Assembly (NCBI RefSeq): GCF_963921235.1
Contig: NC_086101.1
Location: 11,596,001-11,660,000 of the forward strand
Direction of reading: 5' to 3'
Length of the DNA: 64,000 nt
Source: Mobula hypostoma
Taxonomy: Eukaryota
Shown here: positions 50,853 through 64,000 of the stretch, piece by piece
How positions within the stretch are numbered: the first letter of the stretch is position 1
Layout of the letters: each line of letters starts with the position of its first letter
Program-made: the position numbers and the translations under genes
The notes under the pieces: model-generated
Told to the model about the DNA's origin: nothing
Database searches by the model: none
Seen by the model: the letters and a program-made list of their open reading frames with translations, nothing else

Positions 50853-53617
50853 GTTTTGATTTTAATCAATGGTGGATATGGAAATTTTAAAAAGTAATAG
50901 ATTCTGGATTCAATCAGCATCCATGGGGAGTTGGTTCTTGGCACTTTACAAGTGTGAAACCTTGAATTTGACCTGAGAGTAGGCTGTTGGGGATTCCAGA
51001 CATTTTTTGCTTCATGCCAGCTCCTTTGTTGCATTGTCTATTCATTACTTTGGTCAGTTAATAAGACCATAAGACATAGGAGCAGGATTAGGCCATTTGG
51101 CCCATTAAACCTGCTGTCATTTGATCATGGTTGATTCATTTTCCCTCTCAACACCATTCTCCTGCCTTCTTCCGGTAACCATAAGACATGGGCACAGAAT
51201 TAGGCCATTCCCTCTCAACCCCTTTCTCCTGCCTGCTCCCTGTAACCTTTGACGCCCTGACTAATCAAGCAGATGTCAACCTCCACTTTAAATATACCCA
51301 AAAAGTATAGGCCCAGAACCAGCACACACTCTTCATATCTTAACCTTTTCATTCCTGAAATCATTTTCATTGACCTCTTCTAGACTCTGTCCAATGCCAG
51401 CACATCTTTTCCTAATAAAGGGTCCAAAGAGTTCACAATACACCAACAGCGGTCTGACCAATGCCTTATAAATCCTCAGGCGTTTGCTTTCCTTACCACT
51501 AACTCAACCTACAAGTTAACCTTTAGGGAATCCTGCACTAGGACTCTCAAGCCCCTTTGTACCACTGATTTCTGAATTTGCTCCCCATTTATAAAAGAGT
51601 GTCGGCCTTTATTCCTCCTCGCAAAGTGCATTGCCGTACACTTCCCATGCATCAGCCACTTTTTAGCCTATTCTCCCAATTTGTCTAAGTCCTTCTACAG
51701 ACTCCCTGATTCCTCAACATTACCTGCCCTTCTACCTATCTTCGTATTGACCGCAAACTGATCACAAAGCCATCAATTTCCCTGCATGTCCTTACTAATC
51801 ATGAACATATTAATCTCTGCAGATTCACCTCCCTCTTGCTAAAGAAATTTCTCCTCATCTCTGTTCTAAAGGGATGTCCTTCTATTCTGAAGCTGTGCCC
51901 TCTGGTCCTACATTCAATCTCACTTGCCTCCCATCCTGCAGCTCATTCCTTCTCTTCCTTTGCCTTTGGCTCCATATTGTTTTTGAATGTTTGCATTAGC
52001 AACATGATGAAGGTCTCTCTGTATGTCTCTTTATCTGTCTCTGTTTGTGTCCCTCTATCTCTGGTGTCCCTCTGTCTCTGTCTCGATGGCACTCAATAAA
52101 AATTGCAACAGACACTAGAAATCTGAAACAAAAAAAAACAAAAATGCTGGAAAAACTCAGCAGCCTCCATGGAAGTAGAGTCATAAAATATTTCTCTTGA
52201 TTTGTCAAATTCAAGGTTTAGTGGTGAGCAAATGCAAAAGCACCTATACTTTTCCTCTGTTTGTAGGCGCAAGTTCTGATAACGGGTAGCACAATTGAAA
52301 GAGTGTAATCTTGAGCAATTTGGTGATTTTTAATATGGATTACAATGCACTTTGTCATTTGATGTTGCAAAATGCTTTTGATCCACTTTTGCAAATGTCC
52401 CAGTGACCGTGTCTGTGTCTTCCAGGGAAATGATTCAACATTAATCAATATTTTTCAGTGTCCCTTCCTTCTGGCATAAGGCTTGCCCTGGGCCGTCCAG
52501 TTTGCCAATGGCCAATTGGGATGCCAAGTGAAGAAACGAGATGGTAGGTTGATGCGATGTGTTCTACATTCTGATCCTCCTAGCCACTCTGATTTGTGGT
52601 CACACCACGTCATCCATGGCCTGTGCAGATTGTGTCAGAGCCTTTTGCCATCTTTGGGCATAGTTAAAGCCTAGCCTCATCTCAACTGTAAAATTTCAGG
52701 ACATCTACAGCGGGCAGGAGACCATTCAGCCTTCTGAGTCTATTCTGACTCCAGCAAGCACTCTCCCGATAGCTCTGAAATTTCTTTCTCAGCTACTTCT
52801 CCAGCGACCCTTCGAACATTGCAATTGAACCTGCCCCGACTCTTCCCTCAGGCAGTGCCTTCCAGGCCCCAAACCAATCGCTGATTTTTTTTCCCCCTCG
52901 AATTACTTTTGGTTCTTTTTGACAACACAGAGGCAAAACTGATAGAGACTCTGCCTCAGCACCAGCGGCCCGGGTTCAATTCCCGCAACTGTCTGTAAGG
53001 AGTTTGTACGTTCTCCCCGGGACCCGATGCGATTCTTCAACCAATCCAAAGACGCGTGGTTAACTGATCATGGGTGTAATTGGGTGGTGTGGGCTTGTGA
53101 GCTGGAAGGACCTGTTATTGTGCTGTAGCTTTAAATATAAAATTATAATAAAGAAATATAATATAACCCTGACTTTCGGTGCTTTTGTGTGGAGGTTGCT
53201 ACTGTGCCTATGACTACCTGGGTTTCCTTTGGGTGGTCTGGTCCCACGTACCAAGGACATGTGGGCTGACTGTGGAGTAGGCAATAGGAAACTGTTGATC
53301 GTGCGTGTATGAGTGGTCGAGTCTGTGGGGGGGGGAGCTGATGAACATGTGGGTGGTGTAGTCGTCTAACAATATTACAGCGTCAGCAACCCGGTTGAAC
53401 TCCAGCACCATCTGTAAGGTGTTTGTACATTCTCCCCATGACCATGTGGATCTCCTGTGGCTCCTCCCATATCCTCCCACAGTCCAAAGACATACAGGGC
53501 AGTAGGTTAATTACTTACATGGGGTAGCTGGGTGTATACAGGCTCTTTGGGCCAGAAGGACCTGGTACCATTAAAAAGTTGAACAGATTCTTACTCACTG
53601 CAGGTTATTTTACCAAA

Positions 53618-53932
53618 CGATAATAAGGCATCCGTTAGTCTAGCGAGACCATGGATCTGTGCCTGGAAAGCCTTCACTCTCCAGGGCACAGGCCTGGACA
53701 AGGTTGTATGGAAGACCAGCAGTTGTCCATGCTGCAAGTCTCCCCTCTCCACGAGACCAATGTTGTCCAAGGGAAGGGCATTAGGACCCATACAGCTTGG
53801 TACCAGTGTCGTCACAGAGCAATGTGTGATTAACTGCCTTGCTCAAGGACACAACATGTTCCCTCAGCTGGGGCTCGAACTCACGACCTTCAGGTAGCTA
53901 GTCCAATGCCCTAACCACTTGGCCACATGCCC
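53618..53932 (-). mobile_element. tRNA-derived SINE with RTE-like tail
   Basis: Head GGGCATGTGGCCAAGTGGTTAGGGC...GAGTTCGAGCCCC (A/B boxes), GTGTCCTTGAGCAAGGCA core, TTATTATC tail. Confidence 0.75.
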
Positions 53933-54292
53933 ACGATACACTTTATTCATAAAACAGGAATACAAGGGAATATAGTGTCAGGAAGTATATGCTCATGCAC
54001 TTTGGTAGAAGAAATAAAAGGGTAAACTATTTTCTAAATGGAGAGAAAATTCAAAAAGAACTGAGGTGCAAAGGGACTTGGTATTTCCTGAGCAGAATGC
54101 CCGAAGGTCAATTTTCAGGTTGAGTCTGTGATAGGGAAGGCAAATGCAATGTTAGCATTCATTTCAAGAAGACTAAAATATAAAAGCAATGATGTAATGT
54201 TGTCATATGAAGAGTTCTGGGCCTGTATTCACTAGAATTCAGAAGAATGGGGGTGACCGAATTGAAAACTATCGAATACCTCAATAAAGTGG

Positions 54293-57240
54293 ATGTGGAC
54301 CCCAGCCAGGGTAAACCCACACAAAGCTGCAGGGCCAGACAACATACCTGGTCAGTTGCTGAGGGACTATGTGGCCTATCTAACAGAGATCTTAATGGAT
54401 ATCTTTAATATCTCTCTCAAACAGTCCACTGTCCCTCTAGGCTTCAAGACAGCCACCGTCATTCCAGTGCCCAAGACAGCAACAGCAACTAGCCTAAATG
54501 ATTACCACCCAGTGGCACTGACGTTAACAATCATGAAGTTTTTTGATCAGCTGGTAATGGATTGTATAAAAGCCCACATTCCAGCTACACTGGACATTTC
54601 CCAGATTGTCTATCGGTCCACTGATGATGCCATAGCCTCAGCCCTCTACTCCATCCTGTCCCTTCAGGAAAACAATGCCTTTTATGTCAGGATGTTGTCC
54701 GTCAACTTCAGCTCAATGTTTAACATGATCATCCCTCAGATGCTGGTGGGTAAACTGTCCTTGTTGGGATTCCACACCCCTCTCTGCAACCGGATCTCGG
54801 ACTTTCTTGGTGGAAAGACCCCAGTCAGTCCAAGCTGGCAACCACATCTCAAGCTCTATCCGCTGAGCACAGGTGCCTCCAAGTGTAGTGTGCTCAGTCC
54901 ACTGCTGTTGTGACAGCACTGCCTGATCCAACTCAAACCGCATCAGCAAGTTCACCGATGATACTAAAGTGGTGGCCTCGTTGGTAACAATGATAAGTCG
55001 GCAGACAGAGAGGAGGTAGAGAGGCTTGTGAAATGATACAAGAACAGCAACCTGCGTCTCGACATGGACAAGTCAAAAGAGATGATTGTGGACTTTAGAA
55101 AGGCACAGGTGGACCACTCTCCATTGCATCTATAAATACCATCTATAAATTTGCTGATGATACAACCATTGTTGGTAGAATCTCAGATGGAGACAAGAGG
55201 GCATACAGGTGTAAGGGGTTTCTTCTTTGATGTTACTGCGTAGGCTAATTAAAATGGCTTCTTTGTTATGTTAACTGCTGAGAAAGTTCTCTCACTAGCA
55301 GCTTGTGTGGGTGTTGTTTGGGTTATATTATTGATAAGAGAGCAAACGAACCAATTAAGATAATGTTATTCTTTTTAGTGTGTCTGTAAGTTATCGTGAT
55401 GTGCGGGTTTTTGGGCAGAAGGTGGGAGAGAGAGACAGAGGATGGACAAGCTGCTGTGAGCCGGTTAACGGGGTCAGACCCCAAGCAGGAGTCCGAGGTC
55501 CAGAGTCTTCGGCGATAAGAGGAGACGGAGACAGACTGGTGTGGAGCGTCTGGTCAACCACCGTGTGGTTGGTCCCAGGTATCAGGTCGAGGTGGTCAGA
55601 GGGATCGAATGGCGAAGAGAGGATCGTTACTAGAGCTCCAACTGTTTGTGCACGAAGAGATTGAACTTTGATAAGTGTGGTGCCTTTTATTTTCCTTTTA
55701 TATTTTATCTCTATTAATTATATAGTTCCAGTAATAACTATAAACTATAATTCATTTAATCATATATGGTGTATTGTCTGTTATTTGGGCGGGGTGGGGT
55801 ACCTCACACAGCATCCACACAAACTTAATTACCCAGTTTGGCGGGGCCGAGGGTTGTTTCCCTAGACGACAGTGAGACAAGCGACCATGAGGCTTACCAG
55901 GGGGACTACACAGCAGTGAGATATGTCAGCTAGTGGAGTGGTGTCACAGCAACAACCTGGCACTCACTGTCAGTAAGACGAAAGAGCAGATTGTGGATTT
56001 CAGGAAGGGTAAGACGAAGGAACAAATACCAATCTTCATACAGGGATCAGAATTTGAGAGAATGAGCAGTTTCAAGTTCCTGGGTGTCAAAATCTCTGAG
56101 GACCTAAACTGGTCCCAACATATCGATGCAGTTATAAAGAAGGCAAGACAGCAACTATAGTTCATTAGGAGTTTGAAGCGATTTTGTATGTCAACAAATA
56201 CATTCAAAAACTTCTATAGATATACTGTGGAGAGCATTCTGACAGGCTGCATCACTGTCTGGTATGGAGGGGCTACTGCACAGGACCAAAAGTAGCTGCA
56301 GAGGGTTCTAAATCTAGTCGGCTCCATCTTGGGCACTAACTTACAAAGTACCCAGGACATCTTCAGGGAGCGGTGTCTCACAAAGGCAGCGTCCCTTATT
56401 AAGGACCCCCAGCACCCAAGGCATGCCCTTTTCTTACTGTTACCATCAGGTCGGAGGTACAGAAGCCTGAAGGCACACACTCTGCGATTCACAAACAGCT
56501 TCCTCTCCTCTGCCATCCAATTCCTAAATAGACATTGAACCCTTGAACAATACTGAACTTTTAAAATACATATTATTTGTTTTTTGCATGATTTTTAATC
56601 TATTCAATATACGTACACTGTAATTGATTTACTTATTTATTTTTTATATCATGGATCGCATTGAACTGCTGCTGCTAAGTTAACAAATTTCACGTCACGT
56701 GCTGGTGATAATAAACCCGATTCTGATTCTAATTCCAATTCTGACATCAATGGCTCAGCTATGGAGAGAGTGAAGAGCACAAATTTCCTTGGAGCACCTA
56801 CAACATGGACCCACAATGCCTCCTCACTTGTCAAGACTACCTAGCTGTGTCTATAGTTTCTGAAGAGACTGAGGCATGCAAGGCTCTCCCCCTCCCCTCC
56901 ATTCTAATTGAGTGCGTCCTGCCTGGCTGCATCACAGCGTGGCGGGCGACTTGCAGGGACTGCAAGATCCTACAGAGGGCAGCAAAAACCACCAAGAGGA
57001 TCTTCGGGGTCTCCCTTTCTCTTACTTGTCGCATTTTACAGGAGCGTTGTAGATGAAGGACCTGAAGCATTATTGAGGATCCCCACCACTCATCCCACAA
57101 TCTCTTTGACCCACTACAGTCAGGAAGGAGGTACATAAGCATCAGGACTTGGACAGCCAGACTGGGTAACAGCTTCTTCCCTCAGGCTGTGAGACTAATG
57201 AATACCCTGTCACACTGAGGTCTTGTCACTAGGTCAGTGA
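54293..57240 (+). mobile_element. Nested Rex1/Babar LINE fragments
   Basis: KAAGPDNIPG, VIPVPK...LNDYHPVALT, RSTDDAI, KFADDTTIVG, FKFLGVKISEDL, PSGRRYRS. Confidence 0.85.
55210..55910. mobile_element. Solo LTR (~701 bp, Gypsy-like) inserted in Rex RT
   Basis: TGTA...TACA termini; 4-bp TSD CAGG/CAGC; Rex reading frame (AY...SEICQLVEWC) resumes after it. Confidence 0.75.
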
Positions 57241-59127
57241 GCTGTTTACTGTACTATCTACCCTCAACTCTACCCCTCATCCTAACCCCAAGCCCCTCTC
57301 CTGAACCCCACAAAGCCAAGCACTCATTCCCTACAATCCACAGCCCCCATGCCAGCCATAAGCAATAAGCCCACCAACTTTAGCCACCCCCCAACAAACC
57401 TTTGCATATTCATAAACTTAAACTTTAACGAGATTGATATAAGAAAGATCCCAATAAAGGAATTAAGTGTAGAATCAGGTTAATGAAGGCCTGGCCAGAT
57501 CAAAGTGAATCGGTCGAGTGACAAGATCGAAAAACACAACAGGATCATTTTCCCACTGCCTGCATAATTATATATTAACATCTACACCACTCTACTGGCA
57601 TACATCCTCTCGAACACTGGCCCACACCCCTAGAAACCCACCTTGCCACTCCCACATCCTCACGCTAGACCCACCTCTCTCTCCCCATCTCCATCCTCCA
57701 ACTCTACCTCTATCCCTAGCCCTAAGTTCCACACCCCTCTATGGGCCCAGAATGCACAGCAAAGATATTCAACATTTCCATCACATTTCCTGTTCAATAA
57801 AGGAAGAACATATGACCAGGATGGCACAGCAAGTGTATTAGACATCTTCATCACATTCCTTTTTCAATAGTGGAAGAGTCTAGGACAAGCGGGCATGGCC
57901 TAAGGACAAAAGGATGTCCCTTAGAACTGAGATGATGAGGAATTTCCTCCCAACATTGTATTCCATCTGCCATTTCTTTGCCCATTCTCCTAATCTGTCT
58001 AACCTCCCTGCTTCCCCAACACTCCCTGCCTTTCCACTTACTTTTGTATTGTCTGAAAACTTGACTGCAAAGCCATCAGTTCCATCACTGAAGTCATTGA
58101 CATTTAACGTGAAAAGAAGTGGTCTCAATACCGACCCCTGCAGAACACTTTTTGTAGACTTTTCTGTTAATTCGAATGAATTGACAGACTGGAATTGCAT
58201 TTGCCTAATTATCTGAAATAATAAATTTTATCCACTTCTATTTCTTATGCTTATTTTTCTTATTATAACAGGTCAGAGCAGGAATTTAAGATTAGATGCA
58301 AGCCATACTGGAGTAGTTAGGAATGTTTTCTGTTAGCTGTATCACAGCGCTAAGCAGTATTGCATCCGTATTGTACTGTCTCAGTACTTTTATATTTGTG
58401 TGCTGTAGCACTTTTTTATTCGCAGTTATTTTGTAAATAACACTATTCTTTGCTCTTCTGGTCAGATGCTAAATGCATTTCATTGGCTTTGTATCTGTAC
58501 TCGGCACAATGACAATAAAGTTGAATCTAATCTAATCTAAAAAATCCGAAATCTCACAATACCTTCCCCTTGGGTTATTATTCAAATTGTATCTCGATAC
58601 ACAGACAGGTTAAATAATTAAAAATATAAATAGTGATTCCTCAAAAATTATGCTAAAGCAAATTTTCTTTACACAAATTTAATCTGCCTTGTGCAATCCC
58701 CATCTACCTGCCATTAGATTCAATAACATCATTGCTGATTCTAACTCTGCTCCACTTTTCACTGCCACTAGAGTAAAATGATTCTCTTCCTATTCAGACA
58801 CCTTTGTCCTAGTTTGAAATGCACTTGGAAACTGAGCCTCCTCAGCCCACATCCGCTCCTGCTTCTTATTTTCTGAAACGTGAGTTTACCTTTGTGCTTT
58901 GGCCTTGGGTCTGTCAGACAGCACAGTCTGTCAGAGAGCCCCACAGACCCACCAGCAGCCGCTGCAATGCAGCTCCCATCTGCAAGCAGCGGGAACAACA
59001 CCCACAAAATGCTGGAGGAACTCAGCAGGCGAGGCAGCATCCATGGAAAAGAGTAAACAGTTGATAGGTCGGGGTGTTCCAAACAGCAGGAGGCTGGTTT
59101 AGAAGGCAGCTGCAGACAATAGACCCC

Positions 59128-59870
59128 AATCCAGGTGAGGCTGTAGTTCACCTGCGAGTTATCTACCATATCCAGTACTCCCCCTGTGGCCTCCTGTTTA
59201 TCAGTGAGACCCAACATAGATTGGGAGACTGTTTCGCTGAGCACCATCCACCGGAAAAGGCAGGATCTCCCGGTAGCCACCCATTTCAATTCTACTTCCC
59301 ATTCCCAATTCAACATGTCAGTCCATGGCCGCCTCGACTGCCGCAATGAAGCCAAACTCAGGTCAGAGGAGCAACACCTTACATTCCGTCTGGGTAACCT
59401 CCATCCTGATGGCATGAACATCGATTTTCCAACTTCAGGGAATTGCCCACCCCCTCTGCTTCACCATTCCCCATCCCTGTTTCCCTCTCTCACCTCATCT
59501 CCTTACCTGCCCATCACCACCCTCTGGTGCTCCTGCTCCTTCCCTTTCTTCCATGGTCTTCAATATTCTCCTATCAGATTCCCCCCTTCCCCAGCCCTTT
59601 ATCTCTTTCACCAATAAACTTCCCAGTTCTCCACATCACACCCCCACTTCGCCCAGTTTCACCTCTCACCTGCCACCATGTACTTCAACCTCCCCTCACC
59701 CCACTCCCCACCTTCTTACTCACACTTCTCTTTCTTTCCAATCCTGATGAATCAAATCAAATCCTGATGAAGGGTCTCGGCCCAAAATGTTGATTGTTCA
59801 CTCTTTTTCATGGATACTGCCTGGCCTGCTGAGCTTTTTGTGTGTGTTGCTTTGGATTTCCAGCATGCTT
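59128..59870 (+). mobile_element. Penelope-like GIY-YIG and 3' region with degenerate hammerhead (~59760-59796)
   Basis: VIYHIQYSPCGLLFISETQHRLGDCFAEH; PVATHFNS...EEQHLTFRLGNLHPDGMNIDF. Confidence 0.85.
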
Positions 59871-60504
59871 GTGAGACCACAATCCATGGCGGGCATAGTC
59901 CGTGTAGCTGAAAAGATCTCACAGAATCTCTGCCTGAGTCTATTCTGTCTAGGCCGGTGTTGTAGCCTTTGCCTGAGGTACAGCTCCCGATCTAAACCCT
60001 CTCCCCAGGTCCACTCTCTCCTTCTTCCAAACTCCTGCCCTTGTTCAGTCAACATGCAGCCCACTCACGAGGATGGGGCTCACTTTGCAACCAATCAGAT
60101 GTTACCCAGATGCTCACTGGTCTCTATGATAGTTGCAAGGGAGCAGGGAGCTGGGTAGATCTGAGAGGACAGATCTTACGTCAGCCAGATGGATCACAGT
60201 ATCAGTGACACCATTCTGCCCATCCACTGAAAGGAGACCATTCCAATTTGTGCTTTCTGCACTTTATAGTGGGGCAGTCCATTTGTTCCATTGGCAGATG
60301 CACCTTAATACATTAAAATTAATTGATACACAGTTCTAATATCTTTTTATTTATTCATTCTTCCAACACTAATATTTCCACCAATATTGTTTCTGGACCC
60401 ACTGCGATTAACAATGTCAAATTTAGAACTTAATCCGGAACTGTTCAGCGTCTACCTGCTCCACAGCCCCTGAATCCTGCTCCAGACGCCAGTTCTGACC
60501 GACT

Positions 60505-61037
60505 TTACAGACCTGGAGTGGAACCGGAGCAGATTCTCAGACATTGGTTTTCATCCCCTATCCAGAAGAAAGGATAAAGTTTCTCTGTGAACTTATTGCC
60601 AGCAAAGGTGCAGAGATGACTCTTGATGTTCCCGTTGTAAAATGAAACTGTCCCGGACTCGTAACTGAGATAAACTCCCACCCTCCCGGGGATGGGACCG
60701 GCAGGGTGATCGGACATGGGACAGGCCATTACATTGAGCCCATCGTCCCATCGCTCGATACTCCAGACCCCACTCTCCGGTCTCAGTGAGACTACACCCT
60801 TCCTCTCCACAGACTCAGCGGCAACTCCCACACACCAGCCACGGTTCCCCGCCACCTCCACCTCCCAGTAATGTCTCCCTGATGAGAATCCCTCCGATCC
60901 CAGCACACAGGCCTGTACAGTGAACCTTCTCCCAGTGTCCAGGAGGCTCCTCAATCTCTGAGTCCGTCTAACACTCTTCAGGTCCTCGGATACCTCAAGC
61001 CATGGAGCCGCCGTTTCCACATCCAGGGTAACAGAGT
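60505..61037 (-). CDS. TRIM-C terminal exon: PRY-SPRY (B30.2); upstream exons not found in the window
   Basis: cccAG|AC TCT GTT ACC CTG GAT; VTLDVETAAPWL, GRHYWEVEV, RVGVYLSYESGTVSFYN, LYPFF; phase matches TRIM-B exon 6. Confidence 0.93.
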
Positions 61038-61189
61038 CTGGGACGAGAAGCAACGAATTAGACTTCCTGGAGATGGGAGGGGGAGAGGGAGGGGGACTGG
61101 GGTAGGGAAACTCTGGCAGCATGGCCCCGAACCAGGGGAGAGCAGCAGGTACAGAAATCATTTCACGTTGTAAAGACAACTTAGATGTT

Positions 61190-62880
61190 AAGGATCAGGA
61201 GGGCCTTAAATCTCTCTGCTTCTTTCTGGACAACAGAGCTTACTAGTTCTCCTCCACCACCACTCTCCTCCATCTGGCAGAACTAGTCCTCACCCTCATC
61301 AATTTTCCCCTGGGCTCCTCACCAAGGTGTAGCCATGGGCATCGGCGTGGGTGCCAGCAATGCCTGCCTGTCTGTCAGGTACGTGGAACAGTCCAGGTTT
61401 CAAGCCTACACTGGTATCGCTCCCCAGCACTTCCTACACTACACTGATGCTGCACCCTGAGCTCGTCAATTTCATCAACTTTGCTTCCAACTTCCACCCT
61501 GCCCTCAAATTTACTTGGTCCATTTCTGACACCACTCTCTCCTACCATGATTTCTCTGTCTCCATCTCAGGAGACAATCTATTTACTAATATCTTTTATA
61601 AACCCACTGACTTTCACAGCAACCTGGACTATCCCTCTTCCCACCCTGTTGTCGCTTGTAAAAATGCCATCCCCTTCTCTCAATTCCTCCGTCTCTGCCG
61701 CATATGCTCTCAGGATTAGGCTTTTCATTCCAGAATAGCTGAGAAATCGTCCTCCTTCAAAGAAAGGGGGTTCCCTTCCTCCACCAACAACTTTACCCTC
61801 ACCAGCATCTTTTCAATTTCGCGCACGTCTGCTGTCACCCCACCAGGGATAGGGTTCCTCTTGTCCTCACCTACCACCCCACCAGCCTCCGCATCTAGCA
61901 CATAATTCTCCATAACTTCCGCCATCTCCAGCAGGAATCCAACTCAAAGTAATTCTTCCCCTGCCCCCACTTTCTGCTTTCCACAGGGATCACTCCCTAT
62001 GCGACTCCCTTGTCCACTCGTCTCTCCCCACGGATCTCCCTCCTGGTACTTATCTTTGCAAGTGGAACAAGTGCTACACCTGCCCCTACACCTCCTCCCT
62101 CACTACAATTCAGGGCACCAAAAAGTCCTTCCAGGTGAGGTGACACTTGCCCGTGAGTTTGTTGGGGTCACCTACTGTATCCGGTGCTCCCAGTGTGGCT
62201 CACTGTATATCGGTGAGACCTGAGGTAAATTGGGAGAGCGCTTCATTAAGCACCCTCAGTTGGTCCACCTCAAACAGTGGAATATCCCAGTGGCCCCTCA
62301 TTTCAATTCTATTTCTCATTCCCATTCCAACATGTCAGTCGGCTGGGGCGGGGTTCTGAGTTGGATGATCAGCCATGATCATAATAAATGGCGGTGCTGG
62401 CTCAAAGGGCCGAATGGCCTACTCCTGCACCTGTTTTCTATGTTTCTATGTTTCTATGATAAGGCCACACTCAGGCTGGAGAAGCACCACCATATATTCC
62501 ACCTGGGTAGACTCTAACCTGATGGCATGAACATCGAACTCTCAAACTTCCAGTAATTACTCCCCCCACAACTCCGCTCATTTATCATTCCCCATTCCTG
62601 TTCCTCCCCCCACACCTTCTCTCTCTACGTACACATCACCTCCCTCTGGAGCTCCTCCCCCTTCCCCTTCTTCCATGGTCTTCGGTCCTCTCTGATCAGA
62701 TTCCCCCTTGTCCCTTCCACCAATCAACTTCTCAGCTCCTTACTTCACCCTCTCCCAGTTTCACCTATCACCTGTCACCTTGTACTTCTTCCTCCCCTCC
62801 CCCCACCTTCTTATTCTGACTTCTTCCCCCTTCCTTTCCAGTCCTGATGTATGGTCTCAGCCAGAAACATCGAGCATTTA
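61190..62880 (+). mobile_element. Penelope-like element (RT C-terminus, GIY-YIG, pLTR)
   Basis: FASNFHPALKFT, YKPTDFHSNLDYPSSHP, IPFSQFLRLCRICS, GVTYCIRCSQCGSLYIGET. Confidence 0.9.
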
Positions 62881-64000
62881 CATTGAGCAAGGAGAAGACA
62901 TAAGGCCTTCCCAGATTCACGGTGAGATGGAGCCAAAAACTCTCTCTTCCACTTTGGGTGACTCTAGTACATTTTACTTCTGTTCCCACTAGAAATTAAA
63001 GCGGTAGTCCCATGGAAAAACTGTCAAATTCACATGTAAGATGCCAAGTATCCATTCCCTACAAAAAAATTGTTGATTTAATCCAGGATCGATGCTTTTT
63101 TTCTGATATCCACCATCGTGTAAAATCAAAAACTACTTTTCTATAAAAAGTAGTGGATACGGCCCAGTCCCTCACGGATAAAGCCCTCCCCGCCATTGAG
63201 CACATCGATATGGAGCGCTGTCACAGGAAAGCAGCATCCATCACCAGGGACCCCCACCACCCAGGCCACGCTCTCTTCTTGCAACTGAAAGAAGGTACAA
63301 GAGCCTCAGGACCTGCATCACCGGGTTCAGGAACAATTATTACCCCTCAATCATCAGACTCCTGAACCCGTGGGGGTAAATTCACTCAATTTCACTCGCC
63401 ACATTGCTAAACTGTTCTCACAAACTATGGACTCACATTCAAGAACTCTTCATTTCATATTCTCAATATTTATTGCTTATTTATTTATTTTGTAATTGCA
63501 CAGTTTGCTTCTGTTGAGAGCAGTTTTTTTCAATTATTTTGTTGTGTTCCTCGGATTTACCAAGTATGCCCCTAATGAATCTCTGGCTTGCATATGGTGA
63601 CATACATGTACTTGGATAATAAATTTCCTTTGAACTTTGAATTATTATATTTTGAGGACAGTTTATCAGTGGCTTGGCATTCTTTCCCCCATCATTATGA
63701 CTCAGACTAAAGAGTGGCAGAGAATGCACGCAGGAGAGGATTGTATTGTACAGCACAAACTAACTTTAGCGAGGATATACTGTCAGTTCAAGCTTATTTT
63801 ATATGCCAATGCACTCCGGCTTTTTATTTGTTTGCATCTGATCTGAACTCTCTATCTAGTTTTAAGTTTCAGTAGACACAGTTCTCTCTAATGGGGACAC
63901 ACGTGGTCTGTACATACCGGCTGTGTGGTGAAAAAGGCACAACAGTGCCTCTTTCACCTCAGACGGTTGAGGAAGTTTGGTATGGGTCCCCAAATCCTAA

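Noticed and set aside
53860..53932. tRNA-like sequence on the minus strand
   Set aside because: Continues into a SINE core and tail; it is a SINE head, not a tRNA gene.
61038..61179. Proline-rich N-terminus of ORF 60505-61179
   Set aside because: Upstream of the splice acceptor at 61038-40; intronic read-through.
61040..64000. Upstream exons of TRIM-C
   Set aside because: No convincing ~116-bp or mini exon with correct splice phases found; region is mostly Penelope and Rex repeats.

Overview
Vertebrate genomic DNA, most likely a cartilaginous fish (ray or shark), inferred from HE1/V-SINE-like SINEs and the CR1/Rex/Penelope repeat mix. The window covers part of a cluster of TRIM (RING/B-box/coiled-coil/PRY-SPRY) genes in a very transposon-rich background. 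TRIM-A (minus strand) has five coding exons between 15831 and 3154; its PRY-SPRY exon presumably lies left of the window. TRIM-B (plus strand) has six exons, 36746-50852, giving an intact 431-aa B-box/CC/PRY-SPRY ORF whose RING appears decayed. Only the terminal PRY-SPRY exon of TRIM-C (minus strand, 60505-61037) is present. Repeats include a hAT transposon with intact TIRs and TSD, Tc1, a Harbinger-like MITE, CR1, Rex/Babar, L1, RTE, Nimb/I-group and Penelope-like elements, BEL fragments, two solo LTRs and SINEs. Most notable: (1) a complete HDV-like ribozyme fold with an atypical L3 hairpin insertion, starting exactly at the 5' boundary of a short RTE-type element; (2) many minimal hammerhead motifs in Penelope pLTR-derived mini-insertions, including a perfect 64-bp hairpin; (3) three I/Nimb-group insertions stacked at the same AATCAACT target; (4) apparent RING loss in TRIM-B. 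All structures were read by eye; no databases or folding programs were run.
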